The translations under genes and the position numbers were made by a program. From assembly GCA_964016885.1 (NCBI GenBank), contig OZ024744.1:68572001-68636000 (forward strand): DNA of 64,000 nt. Reading direction: 5' to 3'. Positions 43,261-58,378 of this stretch are shown piece after piece. Every line of letters starts with the position of its first letter. The first letter of the stretch is position 1. The DNA comes from Eledone cirrhosa. Its lineage: Eukaryota. The notes under the pieces are model-generated. The model worked only from the letters and a program-made list of their open reading frames with translations. It was not told the DNA's origin and did no database searches.

Positions 43261-46237
43261 TTATGCACCGATATCGAATATTGAACAACGATGAGCGCTC
43301 GCCAAATAATTTTGGCAGGTGTTGTACGGTCTGATCATTGACAGAATAAAATTGTAATATTGTGTATTCTGTTGGGCCAAATTTCCTCAAGTATGGAGAT
43401 TTATTGCCATGACTCGCCATGCCTCTTCCTTCTACTTCAGTTCGATGTTAAAAATATCTTCGAATTGTTTGAGCCATGTGTCGAAAATCCTACCTGTATC
43501 AGGATCATAATGAAACTCCGTTATATAGTTTGTAAATGTGACGATGGCCGCTGAATCAGTGACTTGGCTGGATGAGTGAAATGTTGTTTACTTGATCAAT
43601 GTTTCGATCAGTGGTAATGAGTTGCTTCTAACTGAGACTCTTCTTGTTGTAAAATTACCTTTAGTTCTCCAGCAGTTATTGCCATATTGAGTGAGTTTCC
43701 CATTGCCAATTTGTTTTATCTTGCAGCTGAAACCGTTAGTAATGAGGATAGGAGTATGCAAATCTTTATAGCAACATAGTAATGTGTAACATTGAGTTGA
43801 GGAAACGATTCCCTACAACATATGGTTACTCTATTCCTAATCTGAACTGGCAACATGGCAATAAATCTCCATACTTGTTGGCTGAGCGGCTGATTGCCTG
43901 CTGACATTGACCAATTAGCTAATAGTTCGTTTGCACAACACATTATGTGGCCAATTATCGAAGAAAATATAATTCTGGAATTAATTTTCTCTATTCTTTC
44001 TTTATTCTCAGGAATTTGACCTTCCCGATGCCTCCTGCTTTTAGATGCTTACTATAGATCCAGCTCCGTGAATCAACTTGAAATGGAACCACTTTCTTTC
44101 TGATTCAACGTCTTGGTTGCAGCGTCGAGTTAAATATAGTTGATGTAGATAACGACTTCAGTGGACGGCGTCTTCAAGTCAAAGGTGTCCATCAGAATAC
44201 TAAAATCTATAGAACGTTCTTCAAGGATTGGTGTGAGGAATTATGTTGGGGGTATTTGATTAATATCTCCTTTCCACTTACGTAAACCCACCTGGACAGT
44301 GTTTTCGGTGATCAAGTCGATAATTTATGACAAGTACTGGAACACAAGAGTTATTTACTCTATTTATAATCTGAACTAGCACCACAGCAATATAACCTTC
44401 ATCCTGATTAACTGACCGGTTGATCGCCTGCTGACATTGATCAATCAGGTAATGGAACGTCTGCACACAACATCACGTGGTCAATTATCGAGGAAAAGAA
44501 TATTCTGGACTTTTTTCTCTGTACTTTCTTTATCAAGAATCTGACCTTCCTGACAATGTATCCTATTAATGTATCAGTAATATTTTCACTTCTAATTCTC
44601 CAGCTTTAGTGTTAATTTAATGTTATCCTACCAGGTCTACTGGTGATCGGCATTGCAGATATATCTTGAAGAAGATAGCTTAACCGCGTTACAACTGAAA
44701 ATGCCATAACGGAGAGAAGTGTTGATATAGAAATGAAAGAATTTTTTTAGCAATTGAAGTCCTGATCTCAGTGTTATGCGGGGTTAGAGTATATTCCTTC
44801 TAAAGGTTCTAGAACTGTGTCGATTCGTGTATTTTATCACTAAACACATTGTTTCGGGTGTTTTCATTTAATGTGGAGCACGACGGATGACTTATATTTG
44901 TTAATTGGCCAAAATGTTAGGTTCTACATTCTTGATTTCTTGATGTAATTCTGATTCTACACTTTTCTATTAACTCTAGTACGAAGATTTTCCTCGGAAA
45001 GGTAATTTTATAAGTCAGAATTTTAACTATGGAAAATAGGAAGAATCATACAGACGTAGGTAGACAAATTTGGTTGACCACGTTAGACATTAAAACTTAT
45101 TTCAACACTACTAATCAACTAATTCTGTTATCTTTAGGTACATCTCCATTGCTCAACTATCATTCGCTGATCCACATAGCACGCTAAGCTTCGTCATCTG
45201 AGAGAAATTACTTTTCGTACGCAGTACATCAGTATTATTGTATATGTTATGGGAAGTCTATTGTTGTAAAGAAAGAAGTTATAAGCCCTGCTGTTCGCCG
45301 AACTTATCTAATGTGTGTTTCCCTTTTTGAAGACGGGGAGGTGTAATTTTCAGGATATATATCTGCTATTTCTAATAGATCCAGTGGTTAAATAATTATT
45401 TCCTTTTTAGTTATGCTGATAGTAGTGGTTTTCTTAGCTTGGTCATAACGGTGAGGTTGATGCTTCTGTTTTACTTCTCGTCAACCTTACTGCAGCAGAT
45501 ATATCGTAAAATGTAATCCACTATGAACATTTTAACTTGTTTTCGGGTATAGTGTATCTAGGAATACATTATCCAAACTGTCTTTCTTTCCTCATGGCAG
45601 TTAGGTTTGGTTTTAATGAATATTTGGTTTGCCACTTCGAATGACAATGTAAAAATGCCTAGACGGCTGGTTGAATATTAAACAATAAAGTAGAATAAAG
45701 AGACACGGATCTAAATTAGTTTTGTTTATAGAGATCAACTGGTTTGAGGCAGATAATTATTTCCCAGGATTTAATGAATTCCACCAGAAACAGAGAGGAA
45801 ACAACAAGTATTCATTTATTAGAAACAGAAAAGTGGATCCATTTTGTGTACAAAAGCAACAAATCTTTTCTAATTAGTTTATCAAATCTGAGGAAATATT
45901 TTCACTAATATTTTCCTAACCTTACCTGCTATTAATATCAGGTTGAATTATTGCATATATGATGGTGATGGGATTAATGATAGTAGTGTAGTTGTATTGC
46001 TGTGGAGGTTTCAGTATTATGAGGTTGGTGGTTAAGTTTGTATTTTTGTTACTAAGTGACTAGCTTAGCGATAAACTCTCTTTTAATATCTAATGAATAG
46101 AAGTAAACATACACACACACGTTCACCAGGTCCGAATACAGAGGAGCTGAACTCCCACTGTCGCTATTATGAATTTCTGTTTAACCTCAGATCAACTTTG
46201 ATACGAGAAATCTGGTTTATCAAATCTGTGATTATAT

Positions 46238-46432
46238 CAGACCTGTCAACTCTCCCCGTCCGCCGGGGAGATCTCCCACCTACTTTGGGTAGGTGAGATA
46301 CGTCTTCGCTTAAGAAAATGGTATAGCTTTCATTATGTAAAATCTCCCTATTTTGCCTCATTTCTCCCTGTTTTAGGGTACATTTCTTTTCATGCTACTC
46401 CCCGTCTGGGGTTTTAGAGGTTGGCAAGTCTG
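46238..46432. mobile_element. hAT-like MITE
   Basis: TIRs cagacctgtcaac / gttggcaagtctg; no clear TSD. Confidence 0.45.
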
Positions 46433-47264
46433 CAATATTTTCACTCATCATATTTTCTTGATATATAACAAAAAGGTTTTTCCCTCTCTACTAGTTGATG
46501 ATAACTAGCAGCCAAATTTTCTACTCTATCATCTTATAAAAAGAATGGACATATTACACTATGTAATGCTGGTTATATATAAAAGGAACAAGTAAACGAA
46601 CCAGTCGTCAGATCAAACTGAAGAAACTGTTTTTACTTCTGCTGATACTTTCTGCCGGTTGCAACTCATCGTATAAGCGTCACCACTTTTCTAGTGACAG
46701 GCGGTGATATTGGAACTTAAATCACACAGAGCCGTATCAGACACCACTAAGCATCTTGTCCAAGTCTTTACCAATTCCACCAATTCAGGATAGTTACGCT
46801 ATTGACCCGAAAGAGATGAAAAGCGAAGTTGACCAAGGTGGATTTGAACTCAGGGCGAAGTAAGCTGGAATATTAATCGGATTCCATAACGACTGCCTAT
46901 TTACAAGATGTCTGTAATCTATATTGTTTGTTTTTATCTATTATATAAATATATATATATAAACAGTCGATCGACAAGATCCCAGACCCCATTCGCTTAA
47001 AGAGTGAGGTGGAACTCGTCAAATCGGACCGAGGAATCAATGTTTCCATTGGCCTTTCCAATTGCTAATACTATCTACCTGTCGCAAATCCAGGCAAAAA
47101 GAACAATGTGAAATAAAGTGCGTTGCTGAAGGACATAACGCATCATCCGTCCGGGAATCGAACTCAAAACCACACGATTGCAAATCCAATTCTCTAAACA
47201 CTCAGCCAAGCGCATTCAAATATATATATATAATATATATATATATGTACTGTATATATATGTA

Positions 47265-47322
<58 letters not shown>

Positions 47323-47327
47323 TATAT

Positions 47328-47365
<38 letters not shown>

Positions 47366-47379
47366 TACATATATATACA

Positions 47380-47436
<57 letters not shown>

Positions 47437-47717
47437 AGAGTATATATTCATGCATACATGAAAATAAAATTGATGGTCATGGCTACAATAGCAATTGATA
47501 ATATCGCAATATCGCAGGAGGTTTAAAAATAGATCAATTCAATGAAAAAACAACAACACTTGAATCTTTCCTGTAACATGGAATACATCTGCAGTTTTAT
47601 ATGATGTCATTCCAGTGTTTGGTGATTGAATGAGGGGAAATTTACATGAATCTATTTAATCTAGAATTGAACGAACACTAATATTTACAGTTTTAAAATA
47701 AAGTGTATGTATAAATA

Positions 47718-47895
47718 ACTGTTTCTACTTTAGGCACAAGGCCAGCAATTACCCAGTACATTACTGGTACTTTATTTTATCGACCCCGTAAGGATGAAAG
47801 GCAAAGTTAACCTCGGGGCGGGATTTGAACTCAGACTGTAAAGGGACGTAACTATGCTGGAAAGCATGGCGTCCAACCCTCTACCGATACTACCA
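47718..47895 (-). mobile_element. SINE copy
   Basis: Reverse complement of SINE consensus. Confidence 0.85.
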
Positions 47896-48033
47896 TGTAT
47901 AAATAACGAACATCTTAGACTCGGTTACACTCTAGTTTTGTGTCCTCGTTTTCTATATCAGTTTACGTAAGAAGAAGTTATATATATACATCCATCTTGG
48001 AATACATAAATAAAGTTCAATGGAAACAAATCA

Positions 48034-48034
<1 letters not shown>

Positions 48035-48071
<37 letters not shown>

Positions 48072-51000
48072 TACACACACATATAAGCACCTGATACACA
48101 CATAGATGTTCACACACATACACTCATATATAAAGCACATAATACACACATAGATGTTCACACACACACACACACACATATAAGCACATAATACACACAT
48201 AGATGTTCACACACATACACACATACACATATAAGAACATAATACACACATAGATGTTCAAACACACACATATAGGCACATAATACACACATAGATGTTC
48301 ACACACACACACATATACACACACATATAAGCACATAATACACACATAGATGTTCACACACACACACACAAAGCATATAATACACACATAGATGTTCACA
48401 CACACACATGTAAGCACATAATACACACATAGATGTTCACACACATACACACACACATATAAGCACATAATACACACATAGCTGTTCACACACACACACA
48501 TACACACGTATAAGCACATAATACACACATAGATGTTCACACACACACACACACATATAAGCACATAATACACACATAGATGTTCACACACACACATATA
48601 AGCACATAATACACACATAGATGTTCACACACACACACATACACACACATATAAGCACATAATACACACATAGATGTTCACACACATACACACATACACA
48701 TATAAGCACATAATACACACATAGATGTTCACACACATACACACATACACATATAAGCACATAATACACACATAGATGTTCACACACACACACACACACA
48801 CATATAAGCACATAATACACACCTAGATGTTCACACACACACACACATATAAGCACATAATACACACATAGATGTTCACACACAGACACACACACACATA
48901 TAAGCACATAATACACACATAGATGTTCACACACAGACACACACACATATAAGCACATAATACACACATAGCTGTTCACACACACACACACACATATAAG
49001 CACATAATACACACAGAGATGTTCACACACACACACATGTATAAAGCACATAATACACTCATAGATGTTCACACACACACATACACACACATATAAGCAT
49101 ATAGTACACACATAGATTTCACACACATACACACATACATATATAAGCACATAATACACACATAGATGTTCATACACACATATAAGCACATAATACACAC
49201 ATAGATGTTCACACACACATATAAGCACATAATACACTCATAGATGTTCACACACACACATACACACACATATAAGCACATAATACACACATAGATGTTC
49301 ACACACATACACACACACATATAAGCACATAATAGACAAATAGATGTTCACACACATACATACACACACATATAAGCACATAATACACACATAGATGTTC
49401 ACACACACACACACACACATATAAAGCACATAATACACACATAGATGCTCACACACACACACACACACATATAAACACATAATACACACATAGATGTTCA
49501 CACACACACACACACACACACATATAAGCACATAATACACACATAGATGTTCACACACACACACACACACACATATATAAGCACACAATACACACATAGA
49601 TGTTCACACACATACACACAGACACACACATACACATATAAGCACATAATACACACATAGATGTTCACACACACACACACACACATATAAAGCACATAAT
49701 ACACACATAGATGCTCACACACACACACATATAAACACATAATACACACATAGATGTTCACACACACACACATACACACACATATAAGCACATAATACAC
49801 ACATAGATGTTCACACACACACACACACATATATAAGCACACAATACACACATAGATGTTCACACACATACACACAGACACACACATACACATATAAGCA
49901 CATAATACACACATAGATGTTCACACACACACACACACACACATATATAAGCACACAGTACACACATAGATGTTCACACACATACACACAGACACACACA
50001 TACACATATAAGCACATAATACACACATAGATGTTCACACACACACACACACATATAAGCACATAATACACACATAGATGTTCACACACACACACACACA
50101 CACATACATACATACACATATAGATGTTCACACACACACACACACATATAAGCACATAATACACACATAGATGTTCACACACACACACACACACACATAC
50201 ATACATACATACACATATAGATGTTCACACATACACACACACACACATATAAGCACATAATACACACATAGATGTTCACACACACACACACATATAAGCA
50301 CATAATAAACACATAGATGTTCACACACATACACACACACATATAAAGCACATAATACACACATGGATGTTAACACACATACATACATAATACACACATG
50401 GATATTCACACACACACACATATAAAGCACATAATACACACATGGATGTTCACACACATACATACATACACACATACACACATACACATATAGACGCATA
50501 ATACGCACATGGATATTCACACACATACACACATAATACACACATGGATATTCACACACATACATTGCACATATACACATACACACATACACCCATACAT
50601 ACATAGACACACATACACATACACACATACACACATGCACACATAAATACACAGACACACATACACACATACACACATACACACATACGTACACAGACAC
50701 ACATACACACATACACACATACACACATACATACACAGACACACATACACACATATCACATATACACATACATACACAGACACACATACACATACACACA
50801 TAATACATACATGGATGTTCACACATATACATACACACATACACGCATATACACATACACACATATACACATACACACAAGATACATACATTGATAGTCA
50901 CACACATATATACACACATAGACACACACATACACACATATACAAATAGACAACACATACAGAAACACACATACACATATACACATAAACTACACACATG

Positions 51001-51385
51001 GATACTCTCACACATGCATACATACACATACACATATACACACAATCATCCACATACACACACATAATATACACTTGGATACTCACATTCATTCATACAC
51101 ACATACACACACATACACACACATACACACACACACATGGATAATCACACACATACACAAACACACACATGGATACTCCCACTCATACACGCACGCACAT
51201 ACACTCATACATACACATACATACATACACACGTACACACACATACACATATACACACAAATACACACACGTGGATAGTCACACACACACACACAGACAC
51301 AATTCAAACATGGATACTCACATATATAAACACACACACACACACACACACACATACATACACACACACATATATACAGACACTC
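48035..51385. repeat. CA-based minisatellite, ~40-56 bp unit
   Basis: Core atataagcacataatacacacatagatgttc + variable (AC)n, ~50 units, degenerating beyond ~50350. Confidence 0.93.
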
Positions 51386-51640
51386 TAAGATGCTTTATCG
51401 ATTTTGAGAAAGCTATTGATATTATTGAAATCACAGCTGTGATTGAAGCAGTTATTGATCTGGGAATACATTAAACTTACATACAATTTATCAAGAGACT
51501 CTAATGCCAGAGAACATCTTTTATATCAAGTGTAAAGATCGATATCGGAATTAAAAAGATCAATATTAAAAGATGACTAAGAATAGGGGACATAATATTA
51601 CTCAAACCCTTTAACTCTAAACTGGAAGGAAATTTTATAA
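51385..51640 (+). mobile_element. Decayed RTE-like RT fragment
   Basis: CFIDFEKAID....AV..A..DLGI; INIKR.LRIGD. Confidence 0.55.
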
Positions 51641-51881
51641 AGGTTAGAATTGATCGACTTTCGTCATATCGGACCGAGGAAACAATGTTTCCGTTGGTCT
51701 TTCCAATTGCTAATACTATCTATCGGTCGCAACTCCAGGGAGAAGGAACAATGTGAAATAAAGTGTCTTGCTCAAGGACATAGCGCATCGCCTGTTCTAG
51801 GAATCGAACTGACAACCTTACGATTGCGAATCTAGTTCTCTTACTAATCAGCCATACATACATTTACATACATGCATACAT

Positions 51882-51928
<47 letters not shown>

Positions 51929-52311
51929 TACATACATACATATATGTATATATACATACACACGCATGTATATATACACACATATATTTCGATCGACTAT
52001 CGTCAAATTGGTCTTTCCAATTGCTAATACTATCTACCGGTCGCACCTCCAGGTAGAAGCAGCAACGTGAAATAAAGTGTCTTGCTCAAGGACATAACGC
52101 ATCGCCTGTTCCAGGAATCGAACTGACAGCCTCACGATTGCGAATCCAATTCTCTAACCAATCAGCCACATGCCTTCTATATAAAGGTTAGCTGGAATGA
52201 AAAGGGAATATAAATGGTAAATAGATTAGTTTTAAATAAACTGAATAGTGAATGCATTTAATAAAGTGGGATTGAGCATCTATATATAAATTTCTGCGAT
52301 TCTGTCACAAC

Positions 52312-52835
52312 ACGTAAAGAGAGAGGAGTAGTTTGACTACCTCATACTACTTCCTCTCTCTTTACGTCTGCTACCTGTTATCACTACTCCATACTACTCC
52401 CCCCGCTGGATGTCTGCTGTCTGTTATCACTACCTCATACTACTCTCCTCTCTTTACGTCTGTTACCTGTTATCACTACCTCATACTACTCCCCTCTCTT
52501 TACGTCTGCTGTCTGTTATCACTACCTCATACTACTCCCCTCTCTTTACGTCTGCTGTCTGTTATCACTACCTCATACTACTCCCCTCTCTTTACGTCTG
52601 TTACATGTTATCACTACCTCATACTACTCTCCTCTCTTTACGTCTGCTGTCTGTTATCACTACCTCATACTACTCCCCTCTCTTTACGTCTTCTGCCTGT
52701 TATCACTACCTCATACTACTCCTCTCTCTTTACGTCTTCTGCCTGTTATCACTACCTCATACTACTCCCCTCTCTTTACGTCTTCTGCCTGTTATCACTA
52801 CCTCATACTACTCCTCTCTATTTACGTCTGTTGCC
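52312..52835. repeat. 46-bp minisatellite (~11 units) preceded by an inverted partial unit
   Basis: tatcactacctcatactactcccctctctttacgtctgctgtctgt; period 52471 to 52517. Confidence 0.92.
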
Positions 52836-52993
52836 CGTGCGAATGTATGTGCGTGTAAAAGTAAGGCAGGGGTGGTGAACGCCTCCTCCCTCAAATGATA
52901 GCAAAATAGCGGCTGGCGTTTCCATTTATTATGCTGTGTATGTGTGTATGTGTTTATGTGAATGTATGAATGTGTTTGTGTATTTTTTGTCAT

Positions 52994-53350
52994 TCTTCTT
53001 CTTCTTCTTCTTCTTCTTCTTCTTCTTCTTCTTCTTCTTCTTCTTCTTCTTCTTCTTCTTCTTCTTCTTCTTCTTCTTCTTCTTCTTCTTCTTCTTCTTC
53101 TTCTTCTTCTTCTTCTTCTTCTTCTTCTTTTTTGGAGGGCCGTGGGGCCAGAGTCCTCAGAATCACACTCGAACGGATCCTGCCAGAAGCACAGGATTTC
53201 ATGGATTTTATCTAAACATCTTGATCGTGGTTTACCTGTGGGGCGGGAGGAGGTGGGGTACCTGTCGGTTACCTTTACCCCTAAGATCTCTCCAGCCACC
53301 GATTCCTTCATTAAACATTCTAACGACAAGTCTGTTGTACCTGAGCTGTG
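52994..53350 (-). mobile_element. RTE-like 3' end with (GAA)n tail
   Basis: RPTGKPRSRCLDKI motif followed by ~45 GAA repeats. Confidence 0.55.
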
Positions 53351-53584
53351 ATCTCTCAATTATCAGATAAAGTAAGTTATTTAAAGTATCATAGCTTTCA
53401 TATATTTTGTGAGCTTTGTAGGTAGTATACTTGGCTTTGAATAGTTTTGTTAATTTTTTTAGAAAGATAGTCTGATATGCTGAAAGGAAAACATTTGCTT
53501 TCAGCTTCTGAAATATAGTTTTGAAAGATATTCATATAAGTATGTATAGTTTTGAAGTTTCGATCTGTATATATATATATATAC

Positions 53585-53955
53585 AATAAATCTAATCTAA
53601 GTTTTTCAAATGTTAATAATAACATTCGATTCGTTTGCAATCATGCAAACAAGCCTCATTTTTAAAACCATGTCAGTAGAATGAACCCTTCATTCTTGCA
53701 CTTGTGTTGGCATGTAAATAGAACTGCAGACACTAATGTTTCTGGGTATCACCCTTCATTAGTGCAGCTCACTATTCACCTGCCAACTATCAGAGCTAGT
53801 GAAAATATATGTTATTTTCTAAAATATACAGTGTTTGACATCATTTTATAATGAGGCTTGTTTGTATAATTGCAAACGAATCGAATGTTATTATTAATAT
53901 TTGAAAAACTCAGATTACATTTATTGTATTCAGCCAGGTAGAGCGAAAACTTTTT
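53585..53955 (-). mobile_element. Hammerhead-bearing repeat (53721-53770, core mutated to CTAATGA) with inverted terminal arm
   Basis: Homologous to 6720-6980; 53850-53955 is an inverted copy of the left end. Confidence 0.7.
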
Positions 53956-53989
53956 AAAAAATTATATATATATATATATATATATATTG

Positions 53990-54820
53990 TTATACTTGGG
54001 GAGGGTCATATTTGTGTAATATTGCCAGAATTAATAACAGAACACACTCACTGTTTGGTTGGTTTTCGCTTCTCGCTGTCTTTTATATCTGTAATCTAGC
54101 TTACTCGGTCCTCAATGTTGCCATTGACTGACCGACGGTCAAAAATAATACAGATACAATATAGACACAAACATATATATAGTTTATCATAAATCTTTCG
54201 TTGCACATCTGCAACATCGTCAGTGGTGTTATATTTTCCTCCTGTTGTGTTGTGTTGTATGTCTACGCCATTTTTATTCAGTCTGTCTATATATTTATTT
54301 ATTTGCTTGTTTGTTTATTTTATTTTGTCTTCTTTGCGCATGCGTTTGCGTGTGTGTATAGTGTTATGTTTGCTGTGTGATGGGTGACTAGTGTGTGTTT
54401 GTGTGCTTGTTGTTATTGTGCTTGTGTATGTATTTATTTATTTATCTTATTTTATTTACTTATTTATATACTCTTAGGTCAGTGTTGTTTGTTTGGGTGT
54501 TGTTGTTATTCCGGATGAAAAAACGGGTCAGTACTATACGAACATGCTAGACAACAATATGACGGTAACATAGACAACATAGAAATTAGAATAATATCTA
54601 AACATAGAAATGACCCAGCAGATAGGCAAATCAGAGAGGCCAGTGAAATAGAAATTAGAAGACCAAAGCTAAACAGAAAGAATGAATAGAAGTTGTAACC
54701 AAGATAATATTGGGGAGCCAGCTTATAGGTATAGTCACAATGAGATTTGTAACTAAGATAAGTTACAAATCTCATTGTGACTATAAGCTACCGCCCAACA
54801 TTATCTTGGTTACAACTCTC
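53990..54820. mobile_element. Penelope-like remnant: minus hammerhead 54186-54227, plus GIY-YIG C-terminus 54525-54689, long hairpin 54691-54817
   Basis: acca-CTGACGA-t gttgca gatg tgcaac-GAAA-gatt-TA-tgat; SVLYEHARQQYDG..PADRQIREASEIEIRRPKLNRKNE*. Confidence 0.72.
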
Positions 54821-55104
54821 ATCGGCGCCTTTGGCTCTTCAAGGAGTTACCTCCCTCGAAACCCATCTCAATATAATAAAATAATTTTCCTACAAGAAGC
54901 CATCTTGTTATGCAATAGGCGGCATTGTTTATTTTCAGCCTCGACAGATATGTAATGTTTGTTTATACCATACACTTGAGTTCTCCAGTGCCAAGGGACC
55001 CCATCTAGGGAGCTGCTAATCTGAGGATTCTTTACTGACACGTAACCCTCTTATTTTATTTTTATTTCTACTTTATATATATTAAAAATTTCATTATCTC
55101 ATAT

Positions 55105-55285
55105 TGGATTGGCAGTATCGGTAGAGGGTCTGACGCCATGCTTAGACGCATAGAGTGGTGGCCCTTGCAATTCTGAGTTCAAATCCCGCCGAGGTTAACT
55201 TTGCCTTTCATCCTTACGGGGTCGATAAAATAACGTACCAGTAATGCACTGAGTAATTTCTGGCCTTGTGCCAAAAAGTAGATAC
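55105..55285 (+). mobile_element. SINE copy
   Basis: A/B boxes and body. Confidence 0.85.
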
Positions 55286-55292
55286 ATTTATC

Positions 55293-56311
<1,019 letters not shown>

Positions 56312-56599
56312 CTGACTGCTCATGAAATTCACCCAGATTATGCTGATCGGATAACTACCATATGGCTTGCTGTTTTCCAACCTTCGGTTTGCTTTCCCTT
56401 CTGTTGTTTACTTGTCTCACTCGCTTTACGCGTTTCACTTGTCCCAATAGCTTATTTTAGTTATTGCTCGCACCAACCTGAGGTATCTGATTTTTAATGC
56501 GATGAAATACCAATGATGGTTGGCAAAATCACTGATGAGGGACTAATTTTATAATATGTAATCCATGTGCAACCATGCAGTATTCTTCTTCCCCTTGTT

Positions 56600-56715
<116 letters not shown>

Positions 56716-57204
56716 TAATCTATAAAGCTCAGTGTGTGGTCATGCTCCTTTCTTATAGAAATCGACGATATAGAATTTCTTCAATTGAAATTTACAATTC
56801 AGTATTCGAAATAGCTTCGATTGCGTCTTAGCACAGATAATTTTTTCAATTTCACCCACAATTACGCAAAAAATAGATAAAACTCGATATTTTACGATTT
56901 TTCTCTGTCATTTAAACTGCTAAACTCTTTCCACTACTATTCAAAATCTATACAACTTCATACACACTGCTACTTTCTCTTTCCAAGCTTGATGGTGATA
57001 CTGTCCGTTTTACTCTCTCATATCATCTGCTTACCTCTAACTACAACCCACACATTTTGCTACTTTCTCTTTTATACAGATACATTTATTCAACAACAAG
57101 CGATAAATCTTTTTTAAAACCTCTTTTCCAAACGCATACAAACACACACTCACTTCAACAACAACAACAACAATCTGCCTTTTATAGATAATGATAAACA
57201 ATAA

Positions 57205-57392
57205 TATCCTCTATGAGGTCACTAAACCTGCTAGAAACAGCAGCTAACTCTCCCCCATACCACACCCCTCCCTAATGTCTTAAATTTAGAAAACACATAT
57301 CCTCTATGAGGTCACTAAACCTGCTAGAAACAACAGCTAACTCTCCCTCATATCACAACCCTCCCTACTGTCTTAAATTTAGAAAACACACA
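57205..57392 (+). repeat. Two tandem ~93-bp units resembling a SINE 3' domain
   Basis: atatcctctatgaggtcactaaacctgctagaaaca.cagctaactctccc duplicated; related pieces at ~45320-45390 (-) and ~46505. Confidence 0.6.
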
Positions 57393-57399
57393 GACAACC

Positions 57400-57676
57400 A
57401 TGCAGAACAGCTCCATCGCAGCTCTGTTGTTCGGCTGGCATCGTCTACGCGCGTGTTGCGCAAGTACTGTGAAACAATAAATTTCAACACTTTTTTGCAC
57501 AGAGATAATATCCATAGGCGAAACTTCAATTGTCACTGCTGGCGCAGTTCCTGCTTCCAGGTCTGCAATTCATTCATCCAGTGCCTGGCAGGCAAAAAAG
57601 TGCTGCCATAAAATGGGTGGTGCAACCTAACTTTGGTAACTTAATGACCCCGAGCAACGCCGGGCTTTAATGCTAG
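57400..57676 (+). mobile_element. Helitron-like 3' terminus
   Basis: cccgagcaacgccggg hairpin followed by CTAG then T. Confidence 0.55.
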
Positions 57677-57881
57677 TATATATATATATTTATATATTCT
57701 GAAAATTAGGAGTGCCTGTATTTGTATCGTTCTGTATCACTATGTATTTTTCTTTAAGTATAGTTCTTTCAAAGAACCCCCTTTCGTTAAATACATCAGC
57801 CAATGACCTCCACCCATCCCAATAACCACCTTTCCCTACCGCCATAACATATATAAATACCACCATAACACATTGACAGTC

Positions 57882-57933
57882 GGCTTCCCTGATGATTTCC
57901 TTCGAATGAAACAGTTCTAGTCCTGTAGAAGCC
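57882..57933 (+). ncRNA. Type I hammerhead, same family as 569-619
   Basis: ggcttcc-CTGATGA-tttc cttc gaat-GAAA-cag ttctagtc ctg-TA-gaagcc. Confidence 0.78.
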
Positions 57934-57988
57934 ATTTCTATATTAAATAAATAAATATATATATATGCGTGTTTGTGTTTGTGTGTGT

Positions 57989-58094
<106 letters not shown>

Positions 58095-58378
58095 ATTAAA
58101 CACTGAAAAAAAAGTCAAAGATAGTTTGTTAATTAGTTCATTATTTTACGATCGTTTCAGAGGGTTGATTGATCATAGTAGATCGATATATTGACTAGTA
58201 GTGTCTAGTCTCGAAATCCGTATATGTGTATATGTATATATGTTAGATGGCGCTACGCTATCAGTTTTCAAATTCATACCTGAAGGCTTTCAAAATAATT
58301 ATTAATAAACATACCGCATGTCGCCGGATATACAATTTCACGTGTATCATATATACATATATTTATATATATATATAG

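Noticed and set aside
43370-44560. Possible decayed retroelement with internal direct and inverted duplications
   Set aside because: Duplications are visible (~43935-44030 vs 44465-44555) but there is no protein motif I can assign
48124-51045. Long Cys/Val/Tyr-rich ORFs and CRISPR-like periodicity
   Set aside because: Minisatellite; intervening sequence is only (AC)n length variation, with no unique spacers or cas genes
52333-52898. Repetitive 181-aa and 162-aa ORFs
   Set aside because: Stop-free readings of a 46-bp tandem repeat
56473-56585. Hammerhead-like pieces (CTGAGGT..GAAA; CTGATGA at 56532)
   Set aside because: Core or GAAA/stem III broken; cannot fold a complete motif, so not counted
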